A DNA stretch of 64,000 bases from positions 224,001 to 288,000 of the forward strand of contig CAVTRY010000018.1 in the NCBI GenBank assembly GCA_963737265.1, in the 5' to 3' direction. Every line of letters starts with the position of its first letter. Positions within the stretch are counted from its first letter, which is position 1. This stretch comes from an uncultured delta proteobacterium. GTDB lineage: Bacteria; Myxococcota_A; Polyangia; Fen-1088. The translations under genes and the position numbers were made by a program. Below the pieces are notes generated by a model, which made no database searches, had not been told where the DNA came from, and was given only the letters and a program-made list of their open reading frames with translations. Positions 20,189 through 31,716 of this stretch are shown here, piece after piece.

Positions 20189-23100
20189 ATGCAAAGGTTT
20201 CCCGGATGGGCAATTTTGATAGTGGGCGCTTCCGGTTGGCTGGTTTCGTGCAGCGGCACGAAGGCTGGGGGAAACGTGCCCGGCACTGGCGGGAGCGGCG
20301 ACGCGGCCGTGGTCGCCACTGGCGGTGCTACCAGCTCGGGCGGACAAACCGGTGCCATGTCCAGCGGTGGAGGCAATAGCAGCGGGGGGAATGGCGGCGG
20401 TGGTGCGTCTTCCGCTGGTGGAAGCTCGGGCAGCGGAGGTACTTCGAGCCTGAGCGGCGGAGGCGCTTCTCCAAGCGGCGGAACCACAGGTGCGGGCGGA
20501 AACGGTGCGGGCGGAAACAGTGCGGGCGGCGGCGGTAGCGGCGGCGCAACCGGCGGCGCAGCTGGTGGCGGAAGTGGCGGCGGAAACGGTGGGGCCAAAG
20601 ACGGTGGCGCCACGACGTCGGCTGGCGTCACCCTAAGCGTGGGAGGCGGCACCTTGAAGATCGAGCTGTGCGCGGACAACGTGATTCGCGTGGCCTTTGC
20701 CAAGAGTGCAGACTTCTTCACCCGGGCCAGCTTGATCACGGCGGCGAAGCAGTGCGTGCCAACCTTGGCCACCGCCACGACCGTCGGCAACCTGACCCAG
20801 ATCGCCACCGACAAGCTGACCGTGCAGGTCGATACAACGACCGGCCAAGTGACCTTCCTCGATCCCACCGGCCAAACCATTTTGGCCGAAAATACTGCCG
20901 GCGGCCGCACCCTGACCGCCGCGACGGTGCAGGGTGAGGCCACCACCAGCGTTCGCCAGGAATGGGCGCCCAACGCCAGCGAGTCGCTCTACGGACTAGG
21001 TCAGCACCAGCACGGTCTTATCGACATCAAGGGTACCGATCTGGATCTGCACCAGTACAACACCGAGGTCTACATTCCCTACCTGGTGTCGAGCAACGGC
21101 TACGGCATCCTGTGGGACAATACCTCGTTCACACGCTTCGGCGATCTGACCGACGCTGTGCCCTTGCCTGGAGCCACCGGTCTCTACGCGACGACCGGCG
21201 TCCCCGGCGATGTCAACCCCGGCAACGGCAATGTGAACTGGACGGGCACGATCACGCCCACGGTGACGGGCGATTACACCTTCCGCACCTACTCGACGAG
21301 CACTGTCCAGCTTAGCGTGAACAACCAAATGGTGATCAATCACTGGCGGCAAAGCTGGCTGCCTAACGAGGACATCGCCCACGTGACCCTCACCGCCGGG
21401 CAAGCGGTGAAAGTGCAGCTGCAATGGATCGGTGAGGGCGTTAACATCATTCGCCTGCTGTGGAAGCCGCCCGTCGCCAACCGCACCACCTCGTTCTGGT
21501 CCCAGGTGGCCGACGGCACCGACTATTACTTCGTGTACGGACCGGAGATCGACGATGTGGTCGCGGGCTACCGGCAGCTGACCGGAAAGGCGACCATGCT
21601 GCCCCGGTGGGCCTACGGGTTCTGGCAATCCCGCGACCACTACCAAACAGCGCAGGATATCACAGGCGTGCTCGATGGCTATCGCAGTCGCAACGCCCCC
21701 ATCGACAACATCGTGCAGGACTGGCAGTACTGGGTGGCCAATCAGTGGGGCTCGCACCAGTTCGATCCGAGCCGTTATCCAGATCCGGCTGGCCTGGTCA
21801 AAACCGTCCACAACACGTACAACGCCCATCTCATGATTTCGGTATGGCCCAAGTTCTACCCCACCACCCAGAACTACAAAGATCTGAACGCCAAGGGCTA
21901 TGTCTACACACCGAACATCACCCAGGGCATCAAGGACTTCCTGGGCAATAATTTCACTTTCTACGATGCATTTAGTTCCGGCGCGCGGACCATGTACTGG
22001 TCGCAGATCAATACGTCGCTGTTCTCTCTGGGCATGGACGCCTGGTGGCTGGACGCAACCGAGCCGGAGGTCGTCGAAGGCCCCTTCACCAGCATCAGCT
22101 CGCAGGTGACGACCAACCAGACCCACATGAATCCGACCGCTCTCGGCTCGGGTTCGCGCATGCTCGACGCATTCGCCCTGGTCAACAGCCAAGCGGTGTA
22201 CGAAGGCCAGCGCTCCACTACCGCCAACCAGCGCGTTTTCACCTTGACCCGAAACGGCTTTGCAGGGCAGCAGCGCTACTCGGCTACGACCTGGTCGGGC
22301 GACATCTCATCGACCTGGACGGCGATGAAGAAGCAGATCCCGGCGGGCCTCGGCTTCGCGGTATCGGGCATGCCGTACTGGACGTTCGATAGTGGCGGGT
22401 ACGCGGTGCCGGCCCGCTTCGCCAATCCTTCCGCAGCAGACACTACCGAATGGCAGGAACTGAACGCCCGCTGGTTCGAGTTTGCGACCTTCCTGCCCAT
22501 CATGCGCGTGCACGGCCAGGCGCCCTACCGCGAGATATGGCAGTTCGGCGGCAACACCAGCTCAGCTTATGCGGCGATGCTCAAGTTCGATAAGCTGCGC
22601 TACAACATGCTTCCCTATGTGTATTCGCTGGCCGGGGCGGTCACCCAGCACGCGGGAACCATGATGCGCCCCCTGGTCATGGACTTCCGCACCGACACCA
22701 CCGCGCGAGAGATCGGGGACGAATACATGTTCGGTCCCGCGTTCCTGGTTGCGCCGGTCACCACCTACCAGGCGACCTCGCGGTCGGTGTATCTGCCAAG
22801 CGCCCCAGGCGGCTGGTACCTCTTCTGGACCGGCGCGACTGCCGCGGGCGGCGCGAGCATCTCCGCCCCAGCCCCGTTCGACGCCATGCCGGTCTACGTG
22901 CGCGCGGGATCGATCGTGCCGCTCGGCCCGGATCTGCAGTACACCGCGGAGAAGCCCGCGGATCCCATTACCTTGTATGTCTACGGCGGTGCCGACGGGG
23001 CCTTCACGCTGTACGAGGATCAGGGGACGACCAATGACTACGAAACCTCGGCATTCACCGAGATAGCTCTCAAGTGGACCGATGCCACCAAGACGCTCAC

Positions 23101-23260
23101 CATCGGGGCGCGCTCGGGTTCATTTACCGGGATGCTCGCCTCGCGCACCTTCCAGGTCGTTCGCATCGCCTCGGGCAAGGCCGTGGGGTACCCCTCAAGC
23201 GCAACGCCGGACAAGACGGTGACCTACACGGGCGCGGCGGTGGACGTCGTGCTGAACTAG
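20189..23260 (+). CDS. GH31 glycosidase (alpha-xylosidase-like) with a PA14 insertion; lipoprotein
   Basis: Lipobox LVSC, Gly-rich linker, LYGLGQHQ, PA14-like insert, IVQDWQYW, nucleophile motif WWLDATEPE, WSGDI and WTFDSGG. Confidence 0.93.
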   Translation: MQRFPGWAILIVGASGWLVSCSGTKAGGNVPGTGGSGDAAVVATGGATSSGGQTGAMSSGGGNSSGGNGGGGASSAGGSSGSGGTSSLSGGGASPSGGTTGAGGNGAGGNSAGGGGSGGATGGAAGGGSGGGNGGAKDGGATTSAGVTLSVGGGTLKIELCADNVIRVAFAKSADFFTRASLITAAKQCVPTLATATTVGNLTQIATDKLTVQVDTTTGQVTFLDPTGQTILAENTAGGRTLTAATVQGEATTSVRQEWAPNASESLYGLGQHQHGLIDIKGTDLDLHQYNTEVYIPYLVSSNGYGILWDNTSFTRFGDLTDAVPLPGATGLYATTGVPGDVNPGNGNVNWTGTITPTVTGDYTFRTYSTSTVQLSVNNQMVINHWRQSWLPNEDIAHVTLTAGQAVKVQLQWIGEGVNIIRLLWKPPVANRTTSFWSQVADGTDYYFVYGPEIDDVVAGYRQLTGKATMLPRWAYGFWQSRDHYQTAQDITGVLDGYRSRNAPIDNIVQDWQYWVANQWGSHQFDPSRYPDPAGLVKTVHNTYNAHLMISVWPKFYPTTQNYKDLNAKGYVYTPNITQGIKDFLGNNFTFYDAFSSGARTMYWSQINTSLFSLGMDAWWLDATEPEVVEGPFTSISSQVTTNQTHMNPTALGSGSRMLDAFALVNSQAVYEGQRSTTANQRVFTLTRNGFAGQQRYSATTWSGDISSTWTAMKKQIPAGLGFAVSGMPYWTFDSGGYAVPARFANPSAADTTEWQELNARWFEFATFLPIMRVHGQAPYREIWQFGGNTSSAYAAMLKFDKLRYNMLPYVYSLAGAVTQHAGTMMRPLVMDFRTDTTAREIGDEYMFGPAFLVAPVTTYQATSRSVYLPSAPGGWYLFWTGATAAGGASISAPAPFDAMPVYVRAGSIVPLGPDLQYTAEKPADPITLYVYGGADGAFTLYEDQGTTNDYETSAFTEIALKWTDATKTLTIGARSGSFTGMLASRTFQVVRIASGKAVGYPSSATPDKTVTYTGAAVDVVLN

Positions 23261-23279
23261 CCCGGATTTCCAGACGGCA

Positions 23280-24572
23280 CTAAATATGCGTGCGAATCAG
23301 CGACTGCACGCCGACCACGACGGCGAGGGCTCGGATCTCGCCGACGGCCTTTTGGAAATCGGATTCGGTGACTTCGTGGGTGAAGATGACCAGCTCGACG
23401 GAGGCGCCGGTCGCTTCTTGCTGCGTGACCGCGCTGATGCTGACGCCGCAATCCCCGAAGATCTTCGTGATGGATGCGAGCACGCCGGGCTGATCCTTGA
23501 CGTCGAGGCGCAGGTAGAACTGGGTTTTGACCTGGCCCATGGGAACTACGGCCTTTTTGCGCGAGCCGAAGTTCATGCGCGGACTGGTGCCGCCGCCGGC
23601 CTGGTGCATGGCCAAATCGATGATGTCGCCCACGATGGCGGACGCCGTCGGCAATTGGCCAGCGCCGCGGCCGTAGAACATGACGTCACCCACGTAGTTG
23701 CCGCGCGCGAAGACGGCGTTGAAGGAATCGCTGACGGCGGCGAGGGGATGGCTTTTCGGGACCATCACGGGATGCACGCGCAGCTCGACATGATCGTTGC
23801 CGTGCGCGGCGCCGATGGCGAGCAACTTGATGACGTAGCCGTAGCTCTTGGCGATGGCGATGTCGCGCGCTGAAATGTTGCGAATGCCCTCGGTGTGGAT
23901 TTCGCGGTAGTCGAAGTAGCTGTCGAAGGCCAGCGACGCGAGGATGGACAGCTTGTAGGCGGCATCGTGGCCGTCCACGTCGGCGGTTGGATCGGCCTCG
24001 GCGTAGCCCAAACGCTGCGCCTCGGCCAGCACGTCGGCGAATTCGGCGCCCTCGCGATCCATCTTGGTCAGGATGAAGTTGGTCGTGCCGTTGACGATGC
24101 CGAGGATCTTCTCGAAACGGTTGGCGGCCAGCGATTGACCGAAGGCGTGAATCACTGGAATGCCACCACACGAGCTGGCCTCGAAATGAAGCGTGACGTT
24201 GTGCTTGCGCGCCAGGGCGAACAGGTGCGGTCCCTGCTTGGCGATGAGCTCTTTGTTGGCCGTCACCACGTGCCTGCCGGAGATAAGAGCAGCCTCGATG
24301 AAGGACTGCGCCGGCTTGGTCCCGCCGATGACTTCCACCACGACGTTGATGTCAGGGTCGGCCAGAAGACTCTTGGCGTCATTCGTCAGCAGCGCTTCGG
24401 GCAGGCCGGTCGACGCACGTTTCGTCGGGTCCAAATCCGCGGCCTTGACGAGCTCGATGGCAACGCCCGTCTTGCGGAACAGATATTCCTTTTCCGCAAC
24501 GAGCAATTTCACGACGCCACTCCCGACGGTTCCGCAGCCGATGACTCCAACCCCTAATTTTGCGTTGGCCAT
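23280..24572 (-). CDS. hom: Homoserine dehydrogenase with a C-terminal ACT domain
   Basis: GCGTVGSG, VVTANK, GIVNGTTNFIL, GYAEADPTADVDG and GRGAG; ACT domain DQPGVLA. Confidence 0.96.
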   Translation of the reverse strand: MANAKLGVGVIGCGTVGSGVVKLLVAEKEYLFRKTGVAIELVKAADLDPTKRASTGLPEALLTNDAKSLLADPDINVVVEVIGGTKPAQSFIEAALISGRHVVTANKELIAKQGPHLFALARKHNVTLHFEASSCGGIPVIHAFGQSLAANRFEKILGIVNGTTNFILTKMDREGAEFADVLAEAQRLGYAEADPTADVDGHDAAYKLSILASLAFDSYFDYREIHTEGIRNISARDIAIAKSYGYVIKLLAIGAAHGNDHVELRVHPVMVPKSHPLAAVSDSFNAVFARGNYVGDVMFYGRGAGQLPTASAIVGDIIDLAMHQAGGGTSPRMNFGSRKKAVVPMGQVKTQFYLRLDVKDQPGVLASITKIFGDCGVSISAVTQQEATGASVELVIFTHEVTESDFQKAVGEIRALAVVVGVQSLIRTHI

Positions 24573-24759
24573 TCCGATTCTCCTAGTTTTGCCCATCGTG
24601 CGGCAGTTTGGGCGCGCCCGCGGCGAGCCAAGACCTATCGCTCTTTTCGCTCAAGTTCAACCGTTCCGACTAGGTTAGCGCGGCGGGCTGGCCAGTGATT
24701 GCGTAAGAAACTCGGTCGTGCTAAGAAGCCCGAACAGTATAAGGCACACCCAAACGCAG

Positions 24760-24787
24760 GGCGGGCCATCGAGCCCGCCTTTTTTTT
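24760..24787 (+). terminator. Intrinsic terminator-like hairpin in the rimP leader
   Basis: GGCGGGC-CATCGA-GCCCGCC followed by T8, about 60 nt before the rimP ATG. Confidence 0.75.
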
Positions 24788-24846
24788 GTCCAAAAACACC
24801 CGACAGCATCCAAAACAAGCAGAGAAACCGGTCAGGTACGAAAAGA

Positions 24847-25446
24847 ATGCGCAAAGAAATCGACGAGCTCTGGAGGCTGCTTGAGCCCCCCATCCAGGGA
24901 GCCGGCCTGGAGCTTGTCGAGCTGCAATGGAACCGCGAAGTCGAAGGCTGGGTGATGCGCGTATTTATCGACCGACCCGAAGGTCCGCAGGTGCCCGGCG
25001 CCGACGACACGGACGCGTCGGTTTTCGGCGCCATGCTGGTAAGCCATGAGGACTGCGAGCGCGTCAGCCACGATCTTTCGGCCACGCTCGACGTGGCGGA
25101 TTGTATACATCACACCTATCGATTGGAGGTCAGTTCACCCGGCATCGACAGACCTTTGCGCCGACAGAGCGATTTTGCGCGATTCGCCGGCGAGAAGGCA
25201 AGAATTAGAACATTAGATCCGGTGGAAGGACGGCGGAACTTTTCCGGCGTTCTTGCCGGCGCCAAGGACGGACAGGTGCAGATTGACTGTGACGGCAGGT
25301 CGTACCAACTGCCCATCACGGCCATCGTGCGTGCCAACCTGATTCCGGACTGGGACGCCGAATTTCACCGGCCAGCAGGGGCTGTCCCCACGGCCCCGAA
25401 AGGCCGCAACCGAGGCCCCCACACGACACCGAGGAGTGCGTCATGA
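24847..25446 (+). CDS. rimP: Ribosome maturation factor RimP
   Basis: [27 protein letters not shown] and GRRNFSG; directly upstream of nusA. Confidence 0.95.
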   Translation: MRKEIDELWRLLEPPIQGAGLELVELQWNREVEGWVMRVFIDRPEGPQVPGADDTDASVFGAMLVSHEDCERVSHDLSATLDVADCIHHTYRLEVSSPGIDRPLRRQSDFARFAGEKARIRTLDPVEGRRNFSGVLAGAKDGQVQIDCDGRSYQLPITAIVRANLIPDWDAEFHRPAGAVPTAPKGRNRGPHTTPRSAS

Positions 25447-26855
25447 GCGACGGTACAAGTCTGAGCCTGGTCCTCGATCAGGTTTCCAAAGATAAGAACA
25501 TCGAACGCAAGATTCTGGTTGAAGCCCTCGAACAGGCCATCCTGACCGCGGCCAAGAAAACCTTCGGCGAAGACCGCGAGATGGAAGCGAAATTCAACGA
25601 GGCGACCGGGCGAGTCGATCTGTCCCAGATCATCGTCGTTGCCGATCCGGTCACCTCGCCGGCGAAGGAGATTACGCTCGAAGAGGCGAACCAGTTCAAC
25701 TTGCAGGCCGATGTCGGCGACGAGTTGCTGTTTCAGATCTTCTACGACGACAAGGATCAGGCCAGGGCCGAGGAGCAAGACGGCAAATACGGGGCGCTGC
25801 TCAAGCTCAACCGAGCGTGGAAGACGTTCGGCCGATTTGCCGCCCAGACCGCAAAGCAGGTCATCTTGCAAAGGGTGCGCGAAGCCGAGCGCGACAATGT
25901 ATTCAACCAGTATCGCGACAAGAAGGGCGAGCTGATCTCGGGCATCGTGCGCCGCTTCGAGCGCGGCAATATCGTGGTCGATCTCGGTGGCCCCGAGGCG
26001 ATCCTGCCGGTGCGCGAGCAGGTGCAGCGGGAATCCTACCGGGCCGGCGACCGCATCGTGGCCTACGTCGTCGACATCGACAAGTCGGCGCGCGGGCCGC
26101 AGATCATCATCTCGCGCGCGCACAAGGGCCTGCTCGAAAAGCTCTTCGAGATGGAGGTCCCGGAAATTTACGACAAGATCGTGCGCGTCGAGGCGTCGGC
26201 GCGTGAAGCCGGGGCGCGCTCGAAGATCGCGGTTCAGTCGCGCGACCGCGACGTGGATCCCGTGGGCGCCTGCGTGGGCATGAAGGGCTCGCGCGTGCAG
26301 GCGGTGGTGCAGGAGCTACGCGGCGAAAAGATCGACATCGTTCCCTACGATCCCGATCCCGCGCGTTTCGTGTGCAACGCCATCGCGCCCGCCGAGGTGT
26401 CACGCGTGCTCATCGACGCCGCCAACCACACCATGCAGCTCATCGTGCCCGACGACAAGCTGTCGCTCGCTATCGGCAAGAAGGGGCAAAACGTTCGGCT
26501 TGCCTCGCAGCTCACCGGCTGGCGAATCGATATCCACTCGGAAAGCAAGGTGCGCGAGATGGAGGATCGGGCGCGCGCCTCGTTGGCGGCGATTCCCGGT
26601 GTGTCCGCCGAATTGGCCGAAACCCTGTTCCGCGCCGATTGGCGTTCGGCGGCCGAGGTGGCCAGAACTGCGCCCGCCGAGCTGGCCGCGATTCCGGGCG
26701 TGGGCTCGGAAGCGGCCGCAGCTCGAATCATCGAGGCTGCCGCTGGCGCCGCCGAGGAGGAGAAGGTCCGCGCCCAGGCCGAGCGTGACGCAGCCGCGGT
26801 GACCGCAGCCGAGGTCGCGGCTGCCGCAGCCGCCCCCATCGAGGAACACGCATGA
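25443..26855 (+). CDS. nusA: Transcription termination factor NusA
   Basis: [10 protein letters not shown]1/KH domains, [15 protein letters not shown] and [12 protein letters not shown]. Confidence 0.98.
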   Translation: MSDGTSLSLVLDQVSKDKNIERKILVEALEQAILTAAKKTFGEDREMEAKFNEATGRVDLSQIIVVADPVTSPAKEITLEEANQFNLQADVGDELLFQIFYDDKDQARAEEQDGKYGALLKLNRAWKTFGRFAAQTAKQVILQRVREAERDNVFNQYRDKKGELISGIVRRFERGNIVVDLGGPEAILPVREQVQRESYRAGDRIVAYVVDIDKSARGPQIIISRAHKGLLEKLFEMEVPEIYDKIVRVEASAREAGARSKIAVQSRDRDVDPVGACVGMKGSRVQAVVQELRGEKIDIVPYDPDPARFVCNAIAPAEVSRVLIDAANHTMQLIVPDDKLSLAIGKKGQNVRLASQLTGWRIDIHSESKVREMEDRARASLAAIPGVSAELAETLFRADWRSAAEVARTAPAELAAIPGVGSEAAAARIIEAAAGAAEEEKVRAQAERDAAAVTAAEVAAAAAAPIEEHA

Positions 26856-26870
26856 CAGAAGGCGAACCTC

Positions 26871-27182
26871 ATGGGGCGCGCGCCCGAACGGACGTGCATC
26901 GGATGCCGGACGGTTTGTCCGGCTTCCGAGCTGGTCCGTCTGATCGCGCCCGATGGCAGGGTTTGCGTGGCACGATTTGGGCCGGGGCAGACCCTTGCGA
27001 ATGGACGCACAGAGAAGCGCGGGCGCGGCGCCTGGGTTCATCCTCGCTGTATGGCCGCCGCCTTGAAGGCCATGGGCCGGGCTTTTCGCCGGCAGGTCGA
27101 GGTTTTGGATCAAAAGACTCTCTTGGCTCAGGTGCATTCTGCATCCGGGCAGTCGATCAACGCGCAGGGTGACTTACGATGA
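26871..27182 (+). CDS. ylxR: YlxR/DUF448 RNA-binding protein
   Basis: PERTCIGCR...GRGAWV; lies between nusA and infB. Confidence 0.88.
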   Translation: MGRAPERTCIGCRTVCPASELVRLIAPDGRVCVARFGPGQTLANGRTEKRGRGAWVHPRCMAAALKAMGRAFRRQVEVLDQKTLLAQVHSASGQSINAQGDLR

Positions 27183-29951
27183 TTGGAAGCGGATTTGATC
27201 GAAGAGATTCCGGCGCCGACGGGGCCGGCTCCTCCAGCGCGGGCGCGAAGGTTCGCGTCTACGAGTTGGCCAAGGACTGCAATCTGGCACCCAAGGACCT
27301 CGTGGCGAAGATTCGCACGCTCGGCATCGACGTGGCCAACCACATGTCCCATCTCGATGTTGCCGACGCGGATCGCGTCCGGCGCACAATTGAGCGCGAG
27401 CGGCAGGAATCCCTGGTGGAGACGCGTATCAACGACACCGTGATTCGTCGCCGTTCGCGTTTGCCTGCTGGCGCGCCCGCGGTGCGGCCGCAACCGGTCG
27501 CGGTTTCTTCGCCGAGACCCGCCGGACTCCCGCCTTCGCCCACGCCCACGCCTACGCCCGAACCGGCGGTTCCCGCGACGCGCGTCGTGTTCGCGGTGCC
27601 CGAGCCGGATGAACCGGCTCCTCCGGCGGTGGAGCCACCATGTCCCGAGGTCGAGCCAGCCGCACCGGCAGTGGAACCGGTTGTCGTCGCGCCCGCGCCG
27701 GTCGAACCGCTTGCGGCCGAGGCGGTCGCTGCGGAATCGCCCAAGGAAATACCGCCAGAGCGCGCTCCGGCGCCCGTCGCTCCGGCGCCCGCCGCGCCGG
27801 CGCCCGCCGCGCCGGCGTCCGTATTGCCTCCCGTCCAGTACGCCAGGCCGGCAGCGACTCTGCCAGCCGTCACCAAGATCCCCCAGCCGGTCGTCACGGG
27901 CTCGGCTGCCACCGGACAGTTCATCCAGCTTCCGGGCATGCCCGGTCGAGACGGCTCGGTTCCCAAAATCGAAATCACGAATCGCGACGAGGAACTGCGC
28001 CGGCTCGGACGCAGCGGACTGGTTTCGCGCGGTCCGGGCGGGCGCGACTGGCGCACGCCCGGTGGAGCGCCAGGGCAGCGTCCAGGCGGCCCGCCCAGGA
28101 AGAGAGTCGCGGCGGCCGGAAAGAAGACGAAGCAGACCCAGATTACGACGCCAGCCGAACACAAGCGCGTGATTCGCATGGGCGAAACCATTGCGGTGTC
28201 CGACCTCGCGCAAAAGATGGGCGTGAAGAGCAACGAGGTCATCAAGAAGCTGTGGGCGCTCGGTATGATGGGCGTCAACATCAACCAGAGCGTCGACCAG
28301 GACACCGCTGGTTTGATTGCCGGTGAATTCGGCTACCAAATCGAATCGACGGCCTTCCGCGAGGATGAGTTCATCTCCGAGGGACAGACCGACAACCCCG
28401 AGGACTTGGTGCCGCGTGCGCCCGTCATCACGGTCATGGGCCACGTCGATCACGGCAAGACATCGCTGCTCGATGCCATCCGCAAGGCCAACGTCGCCGC
28501 GGGCGAGGCGGGCGGCATCACCCAGCACATCGGCGCCTACAAGGTCCACACCGCGACCGGCGATGTCGTCTTCTTGGATACGCCCGGCCACGAGGCCTTC
28601 ACCGCTATGCGCGCACGCGGCGCCCAGATGACCGACATCGTGGTCATCGTGGTGGCGGCCGAGGAAGGCCCCATGCCGCAAACCATCGAGGCCATCAAGC
28701 ACGCGCAGGCCGCCGAGGTTCCCATCCTGGTGGCCATCAACAAGGTCGACAAGCCCGGCGCCAATCCGGCCGGCGTGCGCACCAAGCTGATGGAGTACGG
28801 ACTCGTGGCCGAGGAGCTGGGCGGCGAAACTATCTACGTCGACGTCTCGGCCAAGACCAAGGTCGGCATCGACAAGCTGCTCGAAATGCTGGCCTTGCAG
28901 GCCGAGGTGCTCGAGCTCAAGGCCAATCCCAACAAGCCGGCGCGCGGCAACGTGGTCGAGGCCCGTCTCGACAGGTCGCGCGGGGCCATCGCCTCAGTGC
29001 TGGTCAAGGAAGGTACCCTGCGGCTCGGCGACCTGGTAGTCGCGGGCGAGGCCTACGGAAAGTTGCGCGCCATGCTCGGCGACAAGGGCCAGATCATCAC
29101 GGAGGCGGGACCGTCGACGCCGGTGGAATTGCTGGGCCTCGAAGGCGTGCCCGACGCGGGCGAGCTGTTCAACGTCGTGACCGATGAGAAGTCGGCCAAG
29201 GCATTGGTCGAACACCGCCGCGAGCAGCGCAAGCGCAAGGAAGCCAGCGCCAACACGCGCGTCTCGCTCGAGAACATCCTCGACCGAATCAAGGAAGGCG
29301 CGGTCAAAGAGGTGCGCATCGTGCTCAAGGCCGATGTGCAGGGATCGGTCGAAGCCATTGCGAATGCGCTTCGTAACCTGTCCACGCCCACCGTCGGCGT
29401 CAGCGTCATTTCGTCCGGGGTCGGTGGCATCACCGAATCGGACGTGACCTTGGCCAAGGCATCGTCGGCCATCGTGATCGGCTTCAACGTTCGTCCCGCC
29501 GGCAAGTCGCGCGCCCTCGCCGATCAAGAAGGCGTGGACATCAAGCTCTACCAAATCATCTACGACGCCATCGACGACGTGAAAAAAGCGATGGTCGGTA
29601 TGCTCGCGCCGGTCATGCGCGAGAAGGTCATCGGCAAGGCCGAGATCCGCCAGGTCTTCCACATCGCCAAGGCCGGCACGGTCGCCGGCTGCACAGTGGT
29701 GGACGGCAAGCTCACGCGCAAGGCCCAGGTTCGCTTGGTGCGAGATTCGGTCGTTGTCTTCACCGGCAAGCTGGCTTCGCTGCGACGATTCAAAGAAGAC
29801 GCCAGCGAGGTTACCAATGGTTACGAGTGTGGCATCACCATCGACGGCTACGGCGACGTGAAGGAACACGACATCATCGAAGCCTTCGAGGTGGAGACCC
29901 TAGCTGCGGTCGCTCGACGCCGCCATCACGGATAAGTCCGGCCGCCGCTAG
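27179..29951 (+). CDS. infB: Translation initiation factor IF-2 (the ORF as given ends at 29935; removing one G near 29908 gives [15 protein letters not shown] ending 29951)
   Basis: [37 protein letters not shown] and KADVQGS. Confidence 0.97.
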
Positions 29952-29980
29952 TATGCGGCGGTCGCGCACCGTCTCCTTCC

Positions 29981-30304
29981 ATGACCGTCGGAATTGCGCG
30001 CCTGACGCTGTTCTTGCCCAACTCGCATTCGCTCAAAGAAAAGCGCATGGTTCTTCGCCGGATCAAGGACCGCGCGCGGCAGAAATTCAACCTCAGCATC
30101 GCCGAGGTTGGCGACAACGACCTGTGGCAGCGCGTGGTTCTGGGCGTGGCGCTCGTGGGCAATGACCGGCGCTTCGTCGAGTCGGCGCTGGACGAGATCG
30201 TCCGTTTCGTGCGTGACGAGGCCGAGGTAACCAATGTCGAACGCGAGCTACAGACCTTCAACGACGCTTTGGCCGAAAACGATCTAGGATTCACCCCACG
30301 ATGA
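29981..30304 (+). CDS. DUF503 (YlxP) protein
   Basis: HSLKEKR...FNLSIAEV..DLWQR. Confidence 0.92.
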   Translation: MTVGIARLTLFLPNSHSLKEKRMVLRRIKDRARQKFNLSIAEVGDNDLWQRVVLGVALVGNDRRFVESALDEIVRFVRDEAEVTNVERELQTFNDALAENDLGFTPR

Positions 30305-30695
30305 CCCAACGAACCGAACGCGTGGCTGGCGAAATCCGGGAAATCCTGGGCGAGATCGTCGTGCACCAGGAAATCAAGGATCCACGCGTGCGCAGCGCCG
30401 GAATCATTACCTTCACCCATGTTCGCGTGTCGGGCGACTTGCGCCAGGCCAGGGCGTTTTTCACCGCTCACGGCCTCGACGACGAAAGCCTCGGGCGCGT
30501 ACGCCAGGGCCTGACCAGCGCCGCCGGCTACATGCGGCGGCGAATCGCGGAACGGTTGCGCCTGAAGAGCACGCCGGCGCCTGACCTTCGAGGTGGACCA
30601 GCGTGTTCGAGCAGGAGGCGCACATCGACGCTCTTTTGCGCCAAGTGGCCACGACCGAGCCGAGTGAAAGCGACTCGGGCAAGAAGAGCGATTGA
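30301..30695 (+). CDS. rbfA: Ribosome-binding factor A (two apparent single-base insertions near 30580 and 30602)
   Basis: RTERVAGEI, IKDPR and VRVSGDLRQA; corrected tail TPALTFEVD-VFEQEAHIDALL...*. Confidence 0.9.
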
Positions 30696-31597
30696 GTATC
30701 ATCGTCATCGACAAGCCGACCGGGCCGAGCTCGTTTTCCGTGGTTTGGCGCGTGCGTTCGCTGCTGGGCAGGCCGCGCGAGAAGGTGGGACACGGCGGAA
30801 CGCTCGATCCGTTCGCGAGTGGGGTTTTGCCCATCTGCTTCGGCGAGGCAACCAAGATCCTCACCTTTCTGCTCGACGCGGACAAGTCCTACGAGGCGGT
30901 GGTGCGTTTTGGCGTCGAGACCGATACCCTCGACGTCACAGGGCAGACCGTCGCGGAGCATGCGACGGCTGGCCTGTCGACGGCGGCGATCGAAGCCGCC
31001 GTGGAGCCGTTCTGCGGCCCCATCGAACAGGTGCCGCCCATGTATTCGGCGCTGAAACGCGACGGCCGGCCACTTTATGCCTACGCCCGCGCGGGACAGA
31101 CGGTGGAGCGCAAGGCGCGCAAGGTGACGATTCATGAGCTTACGTTGCTGGACTTTGAAGCACCCGACCGCGCCCGCCTGCGCATTCGCTGCTCCAAGGG
31201 CACGTACATTCGGTCGCTGGCTGCCGACTTGGGACAGCGATTGGGCGTCGGGGCACACCTTGTCGAGCTTCGCCGGACGGCCTCGGGCCCGTTCAGCTTG
31301 GAGCGAGCCATCACGCTCGATGATCTAGATGCGCGCATTTCCGACAAACAGCCGCTGCCGCTGTTGTCGCTGCTGGAGGCACTGGCCCACCTCCCGACCG
31401 CGCCCGTCGACCAGAGCCAGGCCCTCGTGCTTGAGCGCGGACAGCGCATGGACTGGGCGGCGCTCTGCCAAGGGCGCGATCTCAGCGGGCCGGTGTGCGC
31501 GGTTTACCAGGGAGAAAACGGGCCGTCGCTGGTCGCCGTGGTCGCGCAAGGACGCGAAGGCAACGTGAAGATCCTGCGTGGCTTCAGTAAGGCGTAG
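30692..31597 (+). CDS. truB: tRNA pseudouridine(55) synthase
   Basis: DKPTG, KVGHGGTLDPFASGVL, QVPPMYSALK and CSKGTYIRSL. Confidence 0.97.
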   Translation: MSIIVIDKPTGPSSFSVVWRVRSLLGRPREKVGHGGTLDPFASGVLPICFGEATKILTFLLDADKSYEAVVRFGVETDTLDVTGQTVAEHATAGLSTAAIEAAVEPFCGPIEQVPPMYSALKRDGRPLYAYARAGQTVERKARKVTIHELTLLDFEAPDRARLRIRCSKGTYIRSLAADLGQRLGVGAHLVELRRTASGPFSLERAITLDDLDARISDKQPLPLLSLLEALAHLPTAPVDQSQALVLERGQRMDWAALCQGRDLSGPVCAVYQGENGPSLVAVVAQGREGNVKILRGFSKA

Positions 31598-31716
31598 CCA
31601 CGCGCCCCGCGTTCGCTCGCGAAGTGCAGCCCGACGAAGACCTTGGCCGCGATAATCAGACAGACACTTTTGCTCCGACCTCGTAGCCAGTCACGGACGC
31701 GAGAACTGCGAGCATG

